From the NCBI GenBank assembly GCA_951406725.2, contig OX597831.1, positions 5,394,001-5,458,000 of the forward strand: a DNA stretch of 64,000 nt. The letters are read 5' to 3'. This stretch comes from Octopus vulgaris. Taxonomy: Eukaryota. The notes under the pieces are model-generated. The model was not told the origin of the DNA. It did not search any database and saw only the letters and a list, made by a program, of their open reading frames with translations. Below are positions 40,716 to 54,345 of the stretch, one piece after another. Each line of letters opens with the position of its first letter. The stretch's first letter is position 1. The position numbers were made by a program, and so were the translations under genes.

Positions 40716-40718
<3 letters not shown>
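40486..40718 (+). mobile_element. SINE family A, full length
   Basis: Complete head, body and tail, inserted in (TA)n. Confidence 0.9.
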
Positions 40719-40780
<62 letters not shown>

Positions 40781-41079
40781 TAATCCAAGCATGAAAACAC
40801 ACGGAGAAAACACAACAACGCGAGGACGTGGAACAAGCATAGTGTTATTGGACGCTCATGTATATACAATAAAAGAATGCATATATGTGTGTGCATTGTT
40901 ATTTCCGGAGACTTTTCGTGATTTAATCCAAAATAGAGACGAACTATTTTTCTCTGATTGGCTCGAATAATTGTTGAGATTTTACTTAACGTGAAACCAA
41001 TGGTAGCCTTAGTACGCAAATAAAGAATCTTTATCCACCAATGCGGAGTTGAACACTCATTTTCACTATTCGGTATTTA

Positions 41080-41116
<37 letters not shown>

Positions 41117-42289
41117 CTGGTTTATAAGCGGCAAAATATTATGTGTACGCTCGCGCGCGCGTGTATGTCTGTGCGAGAGAGATTCAGTTGCTATTTCTAG
41201 CAAGTTAAACGACCTCACAGAAATTCTGTGTTTGACGTTGCGTGTCTGCGTGCGTGTGCGCAGATATGTATGTGTATGTATGTATGTATATGTGTGAGCG
41301 TGTGTGATTGTGTGTAAAATTAATGTGAATAGTTTGGCGAAAGAAAATAATTAGGTCGTAAATTGTCCGGTATAGACAAGTATATAAGAGAGATGTCTCA
41401 ATTAAAAGGTGGTGTGTATAAACCTGTTAGGGAATGTTATTCACTTCCAGCCAGCCGTGACCAACCGAATAGTTTGTATTTGGAAATAAGATCTTTTTCA
41501 TAGCTTTTCACAGAAAACATATATAACAATGAAGATGATGATGATGATGATGATATTTTCTGTATTAGCCGCAGTGACATGATAATTTCTTTTTAATAAT
41601 AATAATAATAAATATTATTATTATTATTACTACTACTACTACTACTACTAATAATAATAATAATAATCATAATAATAATAATAATTAAATAGAAGAACAA
41701 AGATAAAAGAGAAAAAACGAGCAAAGTGAGTGACAGATATTGTAAGAGAGAGGGCGAGAGAGGGGGATGGAGGGAAAGAAGAAGAAGAAGAAGAAGAAGC
41801 AGGAGTTAGTGGGGGATATCTTTATTTTGCCACTGTATTTCGACCAATGAGATGACATTACGGGGACAAAATATGAAAAAAAAAAAATAAATAAATAATT
41901 GTCGAAAAGAAATCGAGAATGTGAAAATAAGCATGGAAAAACTGATTAAGAAGAAATGAAATGAAAGGAGTCCACTGAAGGACAGTTAGCTGCGGCCAGT
42001 CAAGAATCCCGCCCCAGATTTTGGCTGCCTTTACTATCAAGGGTAACCAAGATCTTTTCACTGGTCAAGACTCGTATATTGAAAGTAGGTCCATTCACCG
42101 CTCCTAACAACAGCTACGTAAGTTTACTGGAATGTAGCACCTCCATCTCCACGTATACATTCTTCTCTAAGTGGTACTGAAAGAACTTAGTCGACGAGAA
42201 ATGTGCCTGTCCTCAATCTTGTCTTCCATATACTCTTTTCCTTCAGGATAGAAGACAATTGTTCACCATTCCTAGGCATAATGGTCGTC

Positions 42290-43010
42290 TGTTCTTCACA
42301 GCTGGACTTCTACTACAAATCACAATAACTGTTCAATATTGCTCAAGTGAGAAATTTTTATCCGACATTTCACGTCTGTGAGATCGGTTTCGTGGTTCTA
42401 CACGGGACACCAATAAAATGATAAGCGTGGAGCTAAAAGATTCTTGGATTTAAGTCTGAGACCTAGAAGCTCTGCTGCTTCTTTTGTGAGCCCAAGTTCC
42501 TCACTAGATCAGTTCATTCACACTAGTTGAACAGTTGAGGTTCTTCCATCGTCATTGCTATTCATACCTTCTGACTCAGAACCCAAGTGTATGTCTTCAA
42601 GGTTTCCTGGTGGAGATGGTTCTTGAACATTTGGTCCATGGACAACAGGTCGCAATGCAGATGGGAGATTTGCATAAACAATGTCTTTTTTCACTCTTTG
42701 AATTGTGTCCCAGCGCCTTAAATAGGCAAAAGTAGCAGTCTTCACTAGGTTTTAGGCTCCCTCCATACCACTGAACCCTCATAACGAAAATATTTCTTTG
42801 TACATTTTGTCCATTGTCTTAATTCTTCAACACAAATTAAACGGGCCTTATGAGGGATCCACTTCTTATTTCCTAATTTCACACCCAAGTAGGCAAGCTA
42901 AGGTTTTTTTTGACAAATTCGGTAAAGTTTCACTAACATTTCGTAGTCATAAACTCGTCACAAATGTAGCAAAAGTTATCCGGGTTTGATGCTCATCTTC
43001 CAGAAGACAT
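42290..43010 (-). pseudogene. Chapaev-like (CMC superfamily) DNA transposase relic, N-terminal half
   Basis: Minus-strand motifs NPDNFCYIC, AYLGVKLG..KWIPHK, VWREPK..EDCYFC, YANLPSALRPVVHG and ELGLTKEAAELLGLRLKSKNLL with stops and frameshifts. Splice acceptor CTTTTCCTTACAG just upstream of the ATG. Superfamily assignment is from recall. Confidence 0.7.
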
Positions 43011-43100
43011 TTTTGATTCAAATGATGCGGGAATCTGTAAGGAAAAGAGAAAGAGACATTTTTAACAGCATACATTTGTTTTACTGTCTAAATATATACA

Positions 43101-43403
43101 TAGGTGCAGGAGTGGCTGTGTGGTAAGTAGCTTGCTAACCAACCACATGGTTCCGGGTTCAGTCCCACTGCGTGGCATCTTGGGCAAGGGTCTTCTGCTA
43201 TAGCTCCGGGTCGACCAATGCCTTGTGAGTGGATTTGGTAGATGGAAACTGAAAGAAGCCCGTCGTATATATGTATATACATGTGTGTGCGTTTGTGTGT
43301 ATATGTTTGTGTGTATGTGTTTGTCCCTATGCTGGTGTGTTTACGTCCCCGACCAATGCCTTGTGAGTGGATTTAGTAGAAGGAAACTGAAAGAAGCCTG
43401 TCG

Positions 43404-43455
<52 letters not shown>

Positions 43456-43650
43456 TGTGTATGTGTTTGTCCCCCTAGCATTGCTTGACAACCGATGCTA
43501 GTGTGTTTACGTCCCCGTCACTTAGCGGTTCGGCAAAAAGAGACCGATAGAATAAGTACTGGGCTTACAAAGAATAAGTCCCGGGGTCGATTTGCTCGAC
43601 TAAAGGCGGTGCTCCAGCATGGCCGCAGTCAAATGACTGAAACAAATAAA
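43101..43650 (+). mobile_element. SINE family B, full length with internal duplication
   Basis: The segment CGACCAATGCCTTGTGAGTGGATTT...GTTTACGTCCCC occurs twice. Confidence 0.9.
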
Positions 43651-44069
43651 ATAGTAAATAGTAAAATAATATCACGAAGGAAGCATTGAAATGTAATATG
43701 ATGCAATAAAACAAAATATGTAGCATATATACATAGAAAAAAATGCATGGAAAAAACAACTGAAATATGGTGCTGTTAGTGGTGATGGTGGTGGTGGTGG
43801 TGGTGGATTTGTTTTGGGGGTCGGAGTGCCTGCGGGGTTTGTAGTCGTGTTGGTGTTGGTTCTGGTGGTTGTGGTGAGCCTGATGTTGATGGTGGTGGTA
43901 TAGTGGTGTGAATTTAGTTTAGCGATAGGGAAAGGCAGAGTAGTGGTGGTGGTGGTGAGAGGGTAGCGTAGAAGTGATGAGATGATGTGGGGCTGATGTT
44001 TCTCTTGTCATTGTCGTCGCCGTCGTTGTTGTTGTTGACGGTGATGATGGTGGTGACAGGAGTGAAAGC

Positions 44070-44360
44070 GCTCAGATTAATACTTAGGGTGACCCTTGCG
44101 GACTCCAGACACAGGGACTTCAGGAGAGCCCACATCTTGAGTATGGAAGCAAAGGTACTTATGCACCATTTACATTAGATTGAACACCTTGTTCAGATGA
44201 ATGAGCGGAAGATCCCTTAGCAGATGCTGTGTAGCGAACTTGTTCAGGGAAAGCGCCCTAAGCGGAAGCCAAGACTACAATTTAAGAATTGTGTGAGGTT
44301 TTCATTGAAGGCAGATGAAATGTGGGGGGTGGGGGTGACAACTGGAAAATGCTTGTCATC
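44070..44360 (+). mobile_element. RTE-clade LINE ORF 3' fragment
   Basis: Translation LH*IEHLVQMNERKIP*QMLCSELVQGKRPKRKPRLQFKNCV resembles RTE LRWxGHVxRM..RIPKQLLYGEL..GKR. Partial second copy at 44835-44935. Confidence 0.75.
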
Positions 44361-44957
44361 GTCAGAAAAGGGTAAAGAGTAAAGACCCCGTCAGTCATGA
44401 ATGACCACGGGCTTGCACCTAGAAAGTTCCCCTCCGAGGCACAAGTCCGGGCATAGTTGTTTATGGAAGACCAGCAGTCACCGATGCATACCAGCCTCCA
44501 CTCTCCATGCCATTACATGTACATAGGATAAAGGGTAAAGACCCCATTTCGATCTTGAATGACCATGGGATTGTACTGAAGTGAAGACCAAGTAAATTGT
44601 GCGTGTGGTTAATTGGCAAAAACATCAAGAATTTCGCAAAACAAATACATTTTAAACATAATAAAAAAAATACGTTTTAACCTAAAAATGTCAGCTTGCA
44701 AAGCACGTCCTTCTCTCTTCACTGCCTGTGGGTGACTGAAGCTACAGTGATACAGGAAACCCTCTGCATAGCTAAAGCGACTTAAACTTTGCCAGATGCT
44801 TACTTTTTTTAATTACACCTGTTAGTTATACTGTTTACATTAGATTGGACACCTTGTTGGAATGAATGATCGGAGGATCCCTTAGCAGATGCTGTATAGC
44901 GAACTCGTTCCAGGAAAGCGTACCAAGCGCACCAAGTGTGGCAATCAATAGTAATGA

Positions 44958-45017
<60 letters not shown>

Positions 45018-45639
45018 TATAGTTAAATTTGGGCATAATGGTAAAAATGCAGTGATCGATTTTGTGAAGATACTGTATGTGATAGGATAATTTCATTGTA
45101 ATTTTTGAAATTCAGTAGGCAGGAATTGATCAATTTCACCCAATAAATGTGAAACAATTTTTTTGGTCGTAGACCTGTGTTATTGTCTCCTTCGATTATT
45201 GAAATATCGATTATTGACATTATATCGATTTTTCTTTAACTTCTCTGCTCTGTGTGTGTGTGTGTGTGTGTGTGTAAATCCCTGATGGTCCTCTGTGTGT
45301 GTGTGTGTTTGTGTATAAATCACTGACACTCCTGTGTGGGGAGGGGTGGATTTAAGTGTATGTTGATTGTATTTATTACCAATGGTTAAATGTTTCCTTT
45401 TTTGTCCCCTGTTTACTGAAATTTTGAAATTCAAGAATCTTCTATACAACCAAATTGAAGGAAGTGTATAAATCGCTGTGTGTGTGTGTGTGTGTGTATT
45501 TGTGTGTGTGTGCATGTGGATGTGTGGATAAGTGGATCTTTGTATTGATGAACGAATATATTTTAGGTGTGTTTGTTCTTTGATCCTAATAACAGAGTCT
45601 CGGGACTATTCAAACATGTTCAACTGGAATTTTTGACAA

Positions 45640-46300
45640 CAATATCAGGTCCTTTACTTTTTCATGTTTGCATTACATGGTGAAATCCAAAAGAATTTTG
45701 ATGTCTTTAGACTCATTTATACTTGGAAGCTGGTATTCAAGCCATTTCTTTGTTCTTCTTAATTTATATTTCCCACGGTAATTCTCTGTGGATATTTCCA
45801 GTGACATTATCATGTCTTCTTTTACATTCCTTCCCATCTAATTTAATTTCCTGCGTTCACTTATCAAACGCGTAACACTTACAGACTTTTCTCAGACGTT
45901 CTCCATATTGGAGATTCAGTGGTTTTTCTCTCAATGGAATTCCATGTAGGTTCTACCCATGACCTCTTCTTGTATTGCAAACATCAATGCTGCTGCCTTC
46001 TGGACTCGATATCTCTATCAATCACCATTATTCATTCTCTTATTAATCTTCACAAAAAAAAGAAAGTCTATACATTTTCTTTTATTGGCAAACCTTCTCT
46101 GTTTTTCCAAGACATCCTGTCTTCAATTCTCCTGGTGCCATACATTCTTCGCTTTTGACTATTCCATCCTTCCTAATCTCCTTTTCCAACATCAGTTCCA
46201 CACAATTCTTCACCTACCATTCTATAGTATTTCCCCAAAATCTATATACTTATTTCAGAACTATTTACCTCACACGCACAGACCTTCCATTATTATAATG
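45640..46300 (-). mobile_element. very degraded LINE reverse transcriptase remnant
   Basis: Weak minus-strand resemblance (YIDFGE.YRMV) to the RT FIDLEKAYD motif; many stops. Confidence 0.3.
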
Positions 46301-46523
46301 TATATAAAAAACTACCAACATCATATTTCAGATGTTATGTTCCAAATATGACAATTGCGTTAACCAGGGAACCTTTAAAACAGTCATGGACAAACTGCGG
46401 CCCACGGAACTTTCTACATTGAACGCCTAACGAAAACTTACTTTGAATTTTTTTTCAAGAAGTGTGGTACACCTGACGATCAGCCATGTCTCATGCGGCT
46501 CGCTTGATGATCAGCCATGTATC

Positions 46524-47190
46524 TTATTTCTTTATTGCCCACGATGGGCTAAACATAGAGGGGACAAACAAGGACAGACAAACGGATTAAGTCGATTACA
46601 TGGACGCCAGTGCGTGACTGGTGCTTAATTTATCGACCCCAAAAGGATGAAAAGTAAAGTCGACCTCGACGGAATTTGAACTCAGAACGTAACGGCAGAC
46701 GAAATACCGCTAAGTATTTCGCCCGGCGTGCTAACGTTACTGCCAGCTCAATCAGCCATGTATCATGTGGCCAGCCTGACGATCAGTCATGTCTTATGCG
46801 GCCCGCTTCTAGGAAATGGTTGCCCATGCCTGTTCTAAACCTGCAAGAAATATTGAGTTCAACTTTTGTCACAAGGTCAGCAATTTAGTGGAAGGGTATA
46901 AGTCGATTACATTAATCCCAATGCTCAGCTGTTATTTAATCTATCGACCCCCGAAAGGTTGAAAGGCAAAGCCAACCTCGGCAGAATTTGAACTTATAAC
47001 CTAAAGGGAGACGAAATGTCGTTGAGTATTTCGCCCGACGTGCTATCGATTCTGCTAGCTCACCATCTAAAACATGTGAGAAGGATTGATTTCAAATTTT
47101 GGTACGAGGCCAGCAATTTAGGGGAGGGATAAGTCAATTACATTGACTCCCGGTGCTCAGCTAGTACTTATTTTTATCGATCCCACCCGA
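46524..47190 (-). mobile_element. SINE family A copies (46524-46750, 46860-47070, 47085-47190)
   Basis: Family A motifs; the first copy is flanked by ATCAGCCATGTATC repeats. Confidence 0.85.
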
Positions 47191-48059
47191 AATTATCACC
47201 AATATACTAATAGGTGGGTATTGTATGGGTAATAAAAAAAAGGCTCAATTAACCTACCTCGCGGGTTCTGTTATAACGGCGAGCCTTTTCAGCCGGGATA
47301 TATCCGTAGAAGCCCCACCCGCCTAAACTTTGATCAGCACATCCCAGAACTCACGTAAATTCCCAGAACTCACGCAACCGCCCACGTCCGTCCCGTTTGG
47401 TAGCCTTAAGGTAAAAGAGACCCACTGACATGACCTCCTTCACTCTTCTCCTTCCGGCAGGCCCTTCGGCCATTCGCGAGACATCAGGACCCTATACTTC
47501 CGGTCCACCTCATCTCTACTGTAGTCATTCCATTCTTTAAAATGAATGGAATATTATATTCATTCGGGTAATATTTGAACTCAGAACACTGGAGTATCTA
47601 ACTAGCGACGACCACAATGCATTAAATATCTCCTTTCAATCTAATTTCTGTTAACAAAATGTTTCACTCCATTCAATATTGCTACTGGTTGATTAGTCAT
47701 CTGGAACGAATGAAAGCCACAGCACAGCAAGACTAAAGAATAGAAACAATACATTGGAAAATTTAGTCACATCTGTCATGGATCGTCGGTAAAACGTTCC
47801 CAGCTTATATAGATATGTGTGTGTGAGAGAGAGAAAGAGGAAGCGAGAGAGAGAGAGAGAGTGTGTGTGAAAGAGAGGAAGGAGGGAGAGAACGGGGAGG
47901 GAATTACCATATGTAAACGAGAATATAGATAATACCTTTATTCGTTGTTGACAGACAGACAGACAGATAGATAGGGAGAGAGAGGGAGAGATAAGTAGGT
48001 AGATGGATGGAAGGTAGCTAGCTAGATAGGTATGTATGTAGGCAGGTAAGTAGAATATT

Positions 48060-48620
48060 GGCTTCAAATTGTGGCACCAGGCCAGCAAGGCCGGGAATGG
48101 GTGCAAGCCGATTACATTGACCCCAGTGCTTTTTTGGACCCTGAAAAGGATGAAAGCCAAAGTCGACCTCGGCAGAATTTGAACCCAGAACGTACAGACA
48201 GACGAAATACCACAAATTATTTTGTCAGGCGTGCTAACGATTCTTTTCTACTCTAGGCACAAGGCCGAAATTTGGGGGAGGGGGTCAGTCGATTAGATCA
48301 ACCCCAGTACGCAACTGGTATTTAATTTATCGACCCCGAAAGGATGAAAGGCATAGTCAACGTCGGCGGAATTTGAACTCAGAACGTAAATACCTATTTC
48401 TTTACTACCCACAAGGGGCTAAACACAGATAGGACAAACAAGGGCATACAAACGGATTAAGTCGATTATATCGACACCAGTGAGTAACTGGTACTTATTT
48501 ATTCGACCCCGATAGGATGAAAGGCAAAGTCGACCTCGGCGGAATTTGAACTCAGAAGGTAACAGCAGACGAAATACTGCTAAGCATTTGGCCCGGCGAG
48601 GTAACATTTCCGCCAGCTAA
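48060..48620 (-). mobile_element. SINE family A concatemer (3 units)
   Basis: Repeated GGATGAAAG.CAAAGTC.AC.TCGGC.GAATTTGAAC units, head to tail. Confidence 0.85.
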
Positions 48621-49244
48621 CTTCCTTGGGTAGATAGAATATTAAATGTTTCACTTGGCGAGGAAAATCTCATGTTTGTTAACAGGTAAGCTAGTATGTT
48701 TCGCTTTTATTGAACCTCATCAATTTGCTTTTATCAGTTGACACAGATTTGTAAAAAATCAGTAAAAGAGCAACGAAAAGTTGTGAGCAGAACGATTTGT
48801 TTATTGGCAAAAGCTAAGATAAGGGAAGTAACTTAAAAGTGTTACGGATATTTAGAGAAAAACTAAAAATAATTTACTGCAGACGTCTTCATGAAATTCC
48901 TTCATAATAACAATATTTTCAGGGATAAATATATAACTGAAGCATACTATTGCCAAGGACTTCACCTGCCTAAAACAATAAAAGTTACGTTCAGTTCATT
49001 GTAATTCTATTCCTAATTTATAAAATGTTAGTAATTATCGCCCTTTACTTTAACATAATTTAAGTAACACAATTCATTGTACGATGTTTTACCCGCCTCA
49101 TCATAAATTATAATTAATTATAATTTGTTTTTGCTATCACATTAGGTATATCAGCCTTCAGTTATAATTTCACTGTCTAAACGAATTTGGGAAGTGTAAC
49201 CCTCAGCTAGACAGAGATGTGATATATATGTACAATATTGGATC

Positions 49245-49700
49245 TGTGGTCTACGTTCTGAGTTCAAATTCTGCCAAGGTCGACTTATCCTTTTGGGGAC
49301 CAATAAAATAAGTACCAGTTGAGCATTGGGGTCGATGTAATCGACTTAATCCTTCCCTCGAAATATGCTGGTCTTGTAGCAAAATTAAAAATCAATATTG
49401 GATCTGTGGTATACGTTCTGGGTTCATATTCCTCTGAGGTCGACTTTGCTTTTTATCCTTTCAGGGTCGATAAAATAAGTACCAGTTGAGCATTGGGGTC
49501 GATGTAATCGACTTAATCCTTCCCTCGAAATTCTGGTCTTGTACCAAAATTCTGGGTTCAAATTCCACCGAGGTCGATTTTGTTTTTTATCCTTTCAGAG
49601 TCGATAAAATAAGAACCAATCGAGCACTGGGGTCGAAGTAATCGACTTACGCCCTCCCTCGAAATTGCTGGCCTTGTGTCCAAATTTGAAACGAATATTA
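49245..49700 (+). mobile_element. three tandem headless SINE family A units
   Basis: GTTCTG.GTTCA.ATTC...GGTCGA...GAGCA.TGGGGTCGA.GTAATCGACTTA..CCCTCGAAA repeated three times. Confidence 0.85.
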
Positions 49701-50479
49701 GATCTATGAAGCACACGTTGTCATTTGGCCGACGCTCAGCGTGCTTTATAACAGATGAGTCAAACCTAGTTCTGTACAACTACAGCAATAACAAGGGTTT
49801 AAGTGAAGGTTTATTGAACAATGGAAATGTTAGAACACAGACATAAACATGCCATTCTCGGTTCGTTGCGTCCAAATTCAAGATATGTTAATAATTATAA
49901 GTAATAGAGTGATAGTAAATATAAGATTCTTATCAGCCACAGTCAGACTAATGTCATTAAAACTGACTCTTTTGTGTGTTAATATGACAATGACAACCTA
50001 ATATCACAGAAGAACAGCAACATGTTGTCACGCTCACTAAGCGTATATTGGAAGATAATTCGTTAAGGAGGGGAGGATAGAGCTCGCGAAATGCTTTGAC
50101 ATGGACTCCAAGGGAGGTGGCAGTAAGACAAGAAGGGATCATCAAACTGGAGACCTTGCTCGAATACTCATAGGTAACCAAGGGCCAGATCAAGGTTTGA
50201 AGTAAGGCTACGGAATAACTCTATCACCAAGCAAGAATAGTCCTTTGACAAGCTTCCTTACAGTTTCCGCAAGAGTTTGGAAACGAAAATTTGGATTACT
50301 TCATATTAGCGAAGTTATTTACCTTCTTTGTTTGTTTTAGATATTGAAAACCCTTAAAGGGAGTTTTTGTTGTCTAATTGCAAGTGTAATTTCAATGAAT
50401 TGAAATTTTTTTAACTCACTACATAATATATACAAGACCCTACTATACATTTAATATGCAAACCACTTTCCTCAGTCAA

Positions 50480-51759
50480 CCTGGTTTGATCAATAAGTAT
50501 CCGGATTGTTGCCATAGTAACGAAGCTAAAGCACACAGTAAAGCCGCTTGGCACGAATTGACCTTAAACTCTGCTGCACATGCGCACTAATTTTTAACGA
50601 TCTAGTTTACTTCTGATGTTTACAGCAGTGCTTGGAAGGAACGTGTGTAGCATGTGATCGTCATATTGACTATGACAGAAAGATGTCATGGTAATATCTG
50701 CTCAGAGGCTTCTGCAAAGGTGCAGAAAGTGTATGGAGAGGAGTGTATGAGCTGCACACAAGTGTACGAGTTGTTCAGACGTTTCGAAGATGGCTGAAAA
50801 ATGTCGACAGTGACGAACGTTCTGGGAAACTTACAACCAGTAGAACTGAGAAAGACATAGCAGATGTGTGTGAAGCTGTGGGAGGAATTCGTCGAATCAC
50901 CATCCGTGAGTTATCAGAGGATATGCAGACTAATTACGGTTAGTTGCTGATTAGTTGCGGTGAGCTGGCAGAAACGTTAGCACTCCGGGCGAAATGCTTA
51001 GCGGTATATCGTCTGTCGCTACGTTCTGAGTTCAAATTCCGCCGAGGTCGACTTTGCCTTTCATACTTTCGGGGTCGATTAAATAAGTACCAGTTACGCA
51101 CTGGGGTCGATGTAATCGACTTAATACCTATGTCTGTCCTTGTTTGTCCCCTCTGTGTTTAGCCCCTTGTGGGTAGTAAAGAAATAGGTATTAAGTCTGC
51201 CGCTACGTTCTGAGTTCAAATTCCGCCGAGGTTGACTTTGCCTTTCATCCTTTCGGGGTCGATTAAATAAGTACCAGTTATGCACTGGGGTCGATAAAAT
51301 CGACTTAATCCGTTTGTCTGTCCTTGTTTGTCCCCTCTGTGTGTAGCCCCTTGTGGGCAGTAAAGAAATAAGATTTGTTATGGTTCAGTTCAGTGCATCA
51401 TCACGGAGATGCGGGTCTACCAAGTTTGCGCGAAAACCGTTTTCGGTTGACCAAAATGACACTCAGGTTTCAGTTGCACAAGATCTCCTTGATTGTGTCA
51501 AGAAAGATGAAGACTTTTTGAAAACTTTGCGTAGGCCTCTCAGCAGGCATTGGCAAGCTTTCGGCGAAATTTGCGATAATCACACTCTACACACGTTCCT
51601 TCCAAGCACTGCTGTAAGCAGCGGAAGTGAGCTAGAACGTTAAAATTTAGTGTGCATGCACAGCAGAGTTCAAGGTCAATCTGTGCCAAGCAGCTTTACT
51701 CTGCGTGCTTTAGCTTCATTACTATGGCAACAGTCCGGATACTTATTGATCAGACCACG
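50480..51759 (+). mobile_element. decayed mariner element with about 180-bp terminal inverted repeats, interrupted by a SINE A dimer (50957-51370)
   Basis: GATCAATAAGTATCCGGA..GTTGCCATAGTAA at the left end and its complement at the right. Translation VYGEECMSCTQVYELFRRFEDG, DERSGKLTTSRTE and RRITIREL resembles the mariner HTH region; catalytic domain absent. Confidence 0.85.
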
Positions 51760-52063
51760 TACGACATTTGTGTATATACATTTACATATGTGTGTGTGTG
51801 TCTGCGTGTGTGTGTGTGTGTGTGTACATATACATACATATATATATATGTATGTGTGTGTGTATGCATGTATGTATATATATATAGACTTTCTTCTGTC
51901 TCCTTTTTCCTTTTTCTTTTTCCTCTCTTCGTCTCTCTTCTCTCTCTCTCTCTCACCCTTTTACTTCTATCTCTAGCCTTTCTTATTTCTCCTTTTCCCC
52001 TCCTCATCTTCTCTTATTTTCTCTTTGTCGCTTTCTCTCCTCTCTCTTGCCCGTAGTGGCAGG

Positions 52064-52684
52064 CGAAATACCTATTTCTTTACTACCCACAAGGGGCTAA
52101 ACACAGAGAGGACAAACAAGGACAGACAAACAGATTAAGTCGATTATATCGACCCCAGTGCGTAACTGGTACTTATTTAATCGACTCCGAAAGGATGAAA
52201 GGCAAAGTCGACCTCGGCGGAATTTGAACTCAGAACGTAGTGGCAGACGAAATACCTTTTTTTTTCTTTTTTTTTATTACCCACAAGGGGCTAAACACAG
52301 AGGAGACAAACAATGAACAGACATAGGTATTAAGTCGATTACATCGACCCCAGTGCGTAACTGGTACTTAATTTATCGACCCCGAAAGGATGAAAGGCAA
52401 AGTCGACCTCGGCGGAATTTGAACTCACAACGTAACGGCAGACGAAATACTTATTTCTTTATTACCCACAAGGGGCTAAACATAGGGGGGACAAACAAGG
52501 ACAGACATAGGTATTAAGTCGATTACATCGACCCCAGTGCGTAACTGGTACTTAATTTATCGACCCCGAAAGGATGAAAGGCAAAGTCGACCTCGGCGGA
52601 ATTGGAACTCACAACGTACAGACAGACGAAATACCGCTAAGCATTTCGCCCGGCGTGCTAACGCTTCTGCCAGCTCGCCGCCTT
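52064..52684 (-). mobile_element. SINE family A head-to-tail trimer with a single head
   Basis: Three body+tail units joined at GACGAAATAC|(C/T)T(A/T)TTT; one head at 52620-52684. Confidence 0.9.
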
Positions 52685-53478
52685 ATATAATAATAATAAT
52701 TAATAATAATAATAAAGAGACCGATAGAATAAGTACTAGGCTTACAAAGAATAAGTCCTGGGGTCGATTTGCTCGACTAAAGGCGGTGCTCCAGCATGGC
52801 CACAGTCAAATGACTGAAACAAGTAAAAGAGTAAAAGAGAAAGAGTAAAACAATAATAATAATAATAATAACACCAACAACAACGACACCCATATCAATA
52901 TTAATAATAAGAATTTGATAATCTTTCGGTCTCTTTTTCTCATCATTTCGTGGCCCCAACGGAGCTGCTCTTCCACTTACATAACAGTTCATGAGTTCCA
53001 CGCCAAGCCGAACATTCGTCGCCAGATCACAGCGAATAGAGATGATACCGTGGGTAATTCAAAACGTTATTTACAAAAGCAGACACAGAAATGAAGATAA
53101 TATTTTAAGAAGTTCGCAACAAGGTGTAGAGGAAATACGTTTAACCCAGTCCCGCATACTAGGGAGAGTGAGACTCAAGGGTTCGTGTTCGTTCTTCGTT
53201 GCCGAAATGGTATTCCCAATGTGGAATACGATCTTATAAAGGTTCATTTTTCTTCTATCAAATAACACACTCGGCATCTGGCCATTCTTCCATCCTGATA
53301 AGAAATCTCTTTTCAATTAAGTAACTACACTGATTCATTATGTTACCATAGCGATATGTAATTATATACCTACATATATATATATATATACACATACATA
53401 CAAGGATATACGTAAATATGTAGTATAATGTGTGTGTAAGTCGTTTTATGCATGTGCGAGTGTATTTGTATGAGTAGG

Positions 53479-53565
<87 letters not shown>

Positions 53566-54049
53566 TGTGTGTGTGTGCACGTGTATATTCGTATGTGCTT
53601 CTCTGTGTACGTGAAGAACTATTTATTTATCTGTATGCATACATCGATGTATATTGTTTATACACGGCTAATTGTAGTGCTCCATTATGGGCGGGACCTA
53701 GAGTGCTGAAACGAACTAAGAATCTGCAAAAATAACTTGTGTACGTGTACGTGTGTGTGTGTGTGTGCGTACGTGTGTGTATGTGTATGTGTTTCTGTTT
53801 GCATATGTATATATATATACATATGACGCAATATGACCGAATAGCTAAGAAGTTGATTTTGCAATCACAACGTCTGGAGTTCGATTCCACAACAATATAT
53901 CTTGGTTAAATCTAAAATTTCTCAGTGAGGCTGGTTAGATGGAAACTATGCAGAAGCCCATCGGAATCCATTAAAACTGTAAAGCAGGTTCGTCACAGAC
54001 TGTGACACACTAATACTGCATGAGAATTATATTAAACATATATATATAT

Positions 54050-54345
54050 AGGCGCAGGCGTGGCTGTGTGGTAAGTAGCTTGCTTCCCAACCACATGGTT
54101 CCGGGTTCAGTCCCACCGCGTGGCACACTGGGCAATTGTCTTCTGCTATAGCCTCGGGTCGACCAAAGCCTTGTGAATGGATTTGGTAGACGGAAACTCT
54201 GTGTGTGTGTGTGTGAGTGTTTCTATGTCCCCCCCACCACCGCTATCACTTGACAACCGATGCTGCTGTGTTTATGTCCCCCGTAACTTAGCAGTTCGGC
54301 AGAATAGACCGGTGGAATAAGTACCAGGCTTACAAAGGATAATTC
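54050..54345 (+). mobile_element. SINE family B
   Basis: GGCGCAGGCGTGGCTGTGTGGTAAGTAGC head through GGCTTACAAAGGATAA. Confidence 0.85.

Noticed and set aside
45050-45232. Cluster of ATCGAT (Onecut/Cux-like) motifs
   Set aside because: Partly explained by a local CGATTATTGA duplication in AT-rich DNA.
52984-53316. Complex-sequence ORFs on both strands with a minus-strand GTAAGT
   Set aside because: No recognisable motif and no frame open between the candidate splice sites.
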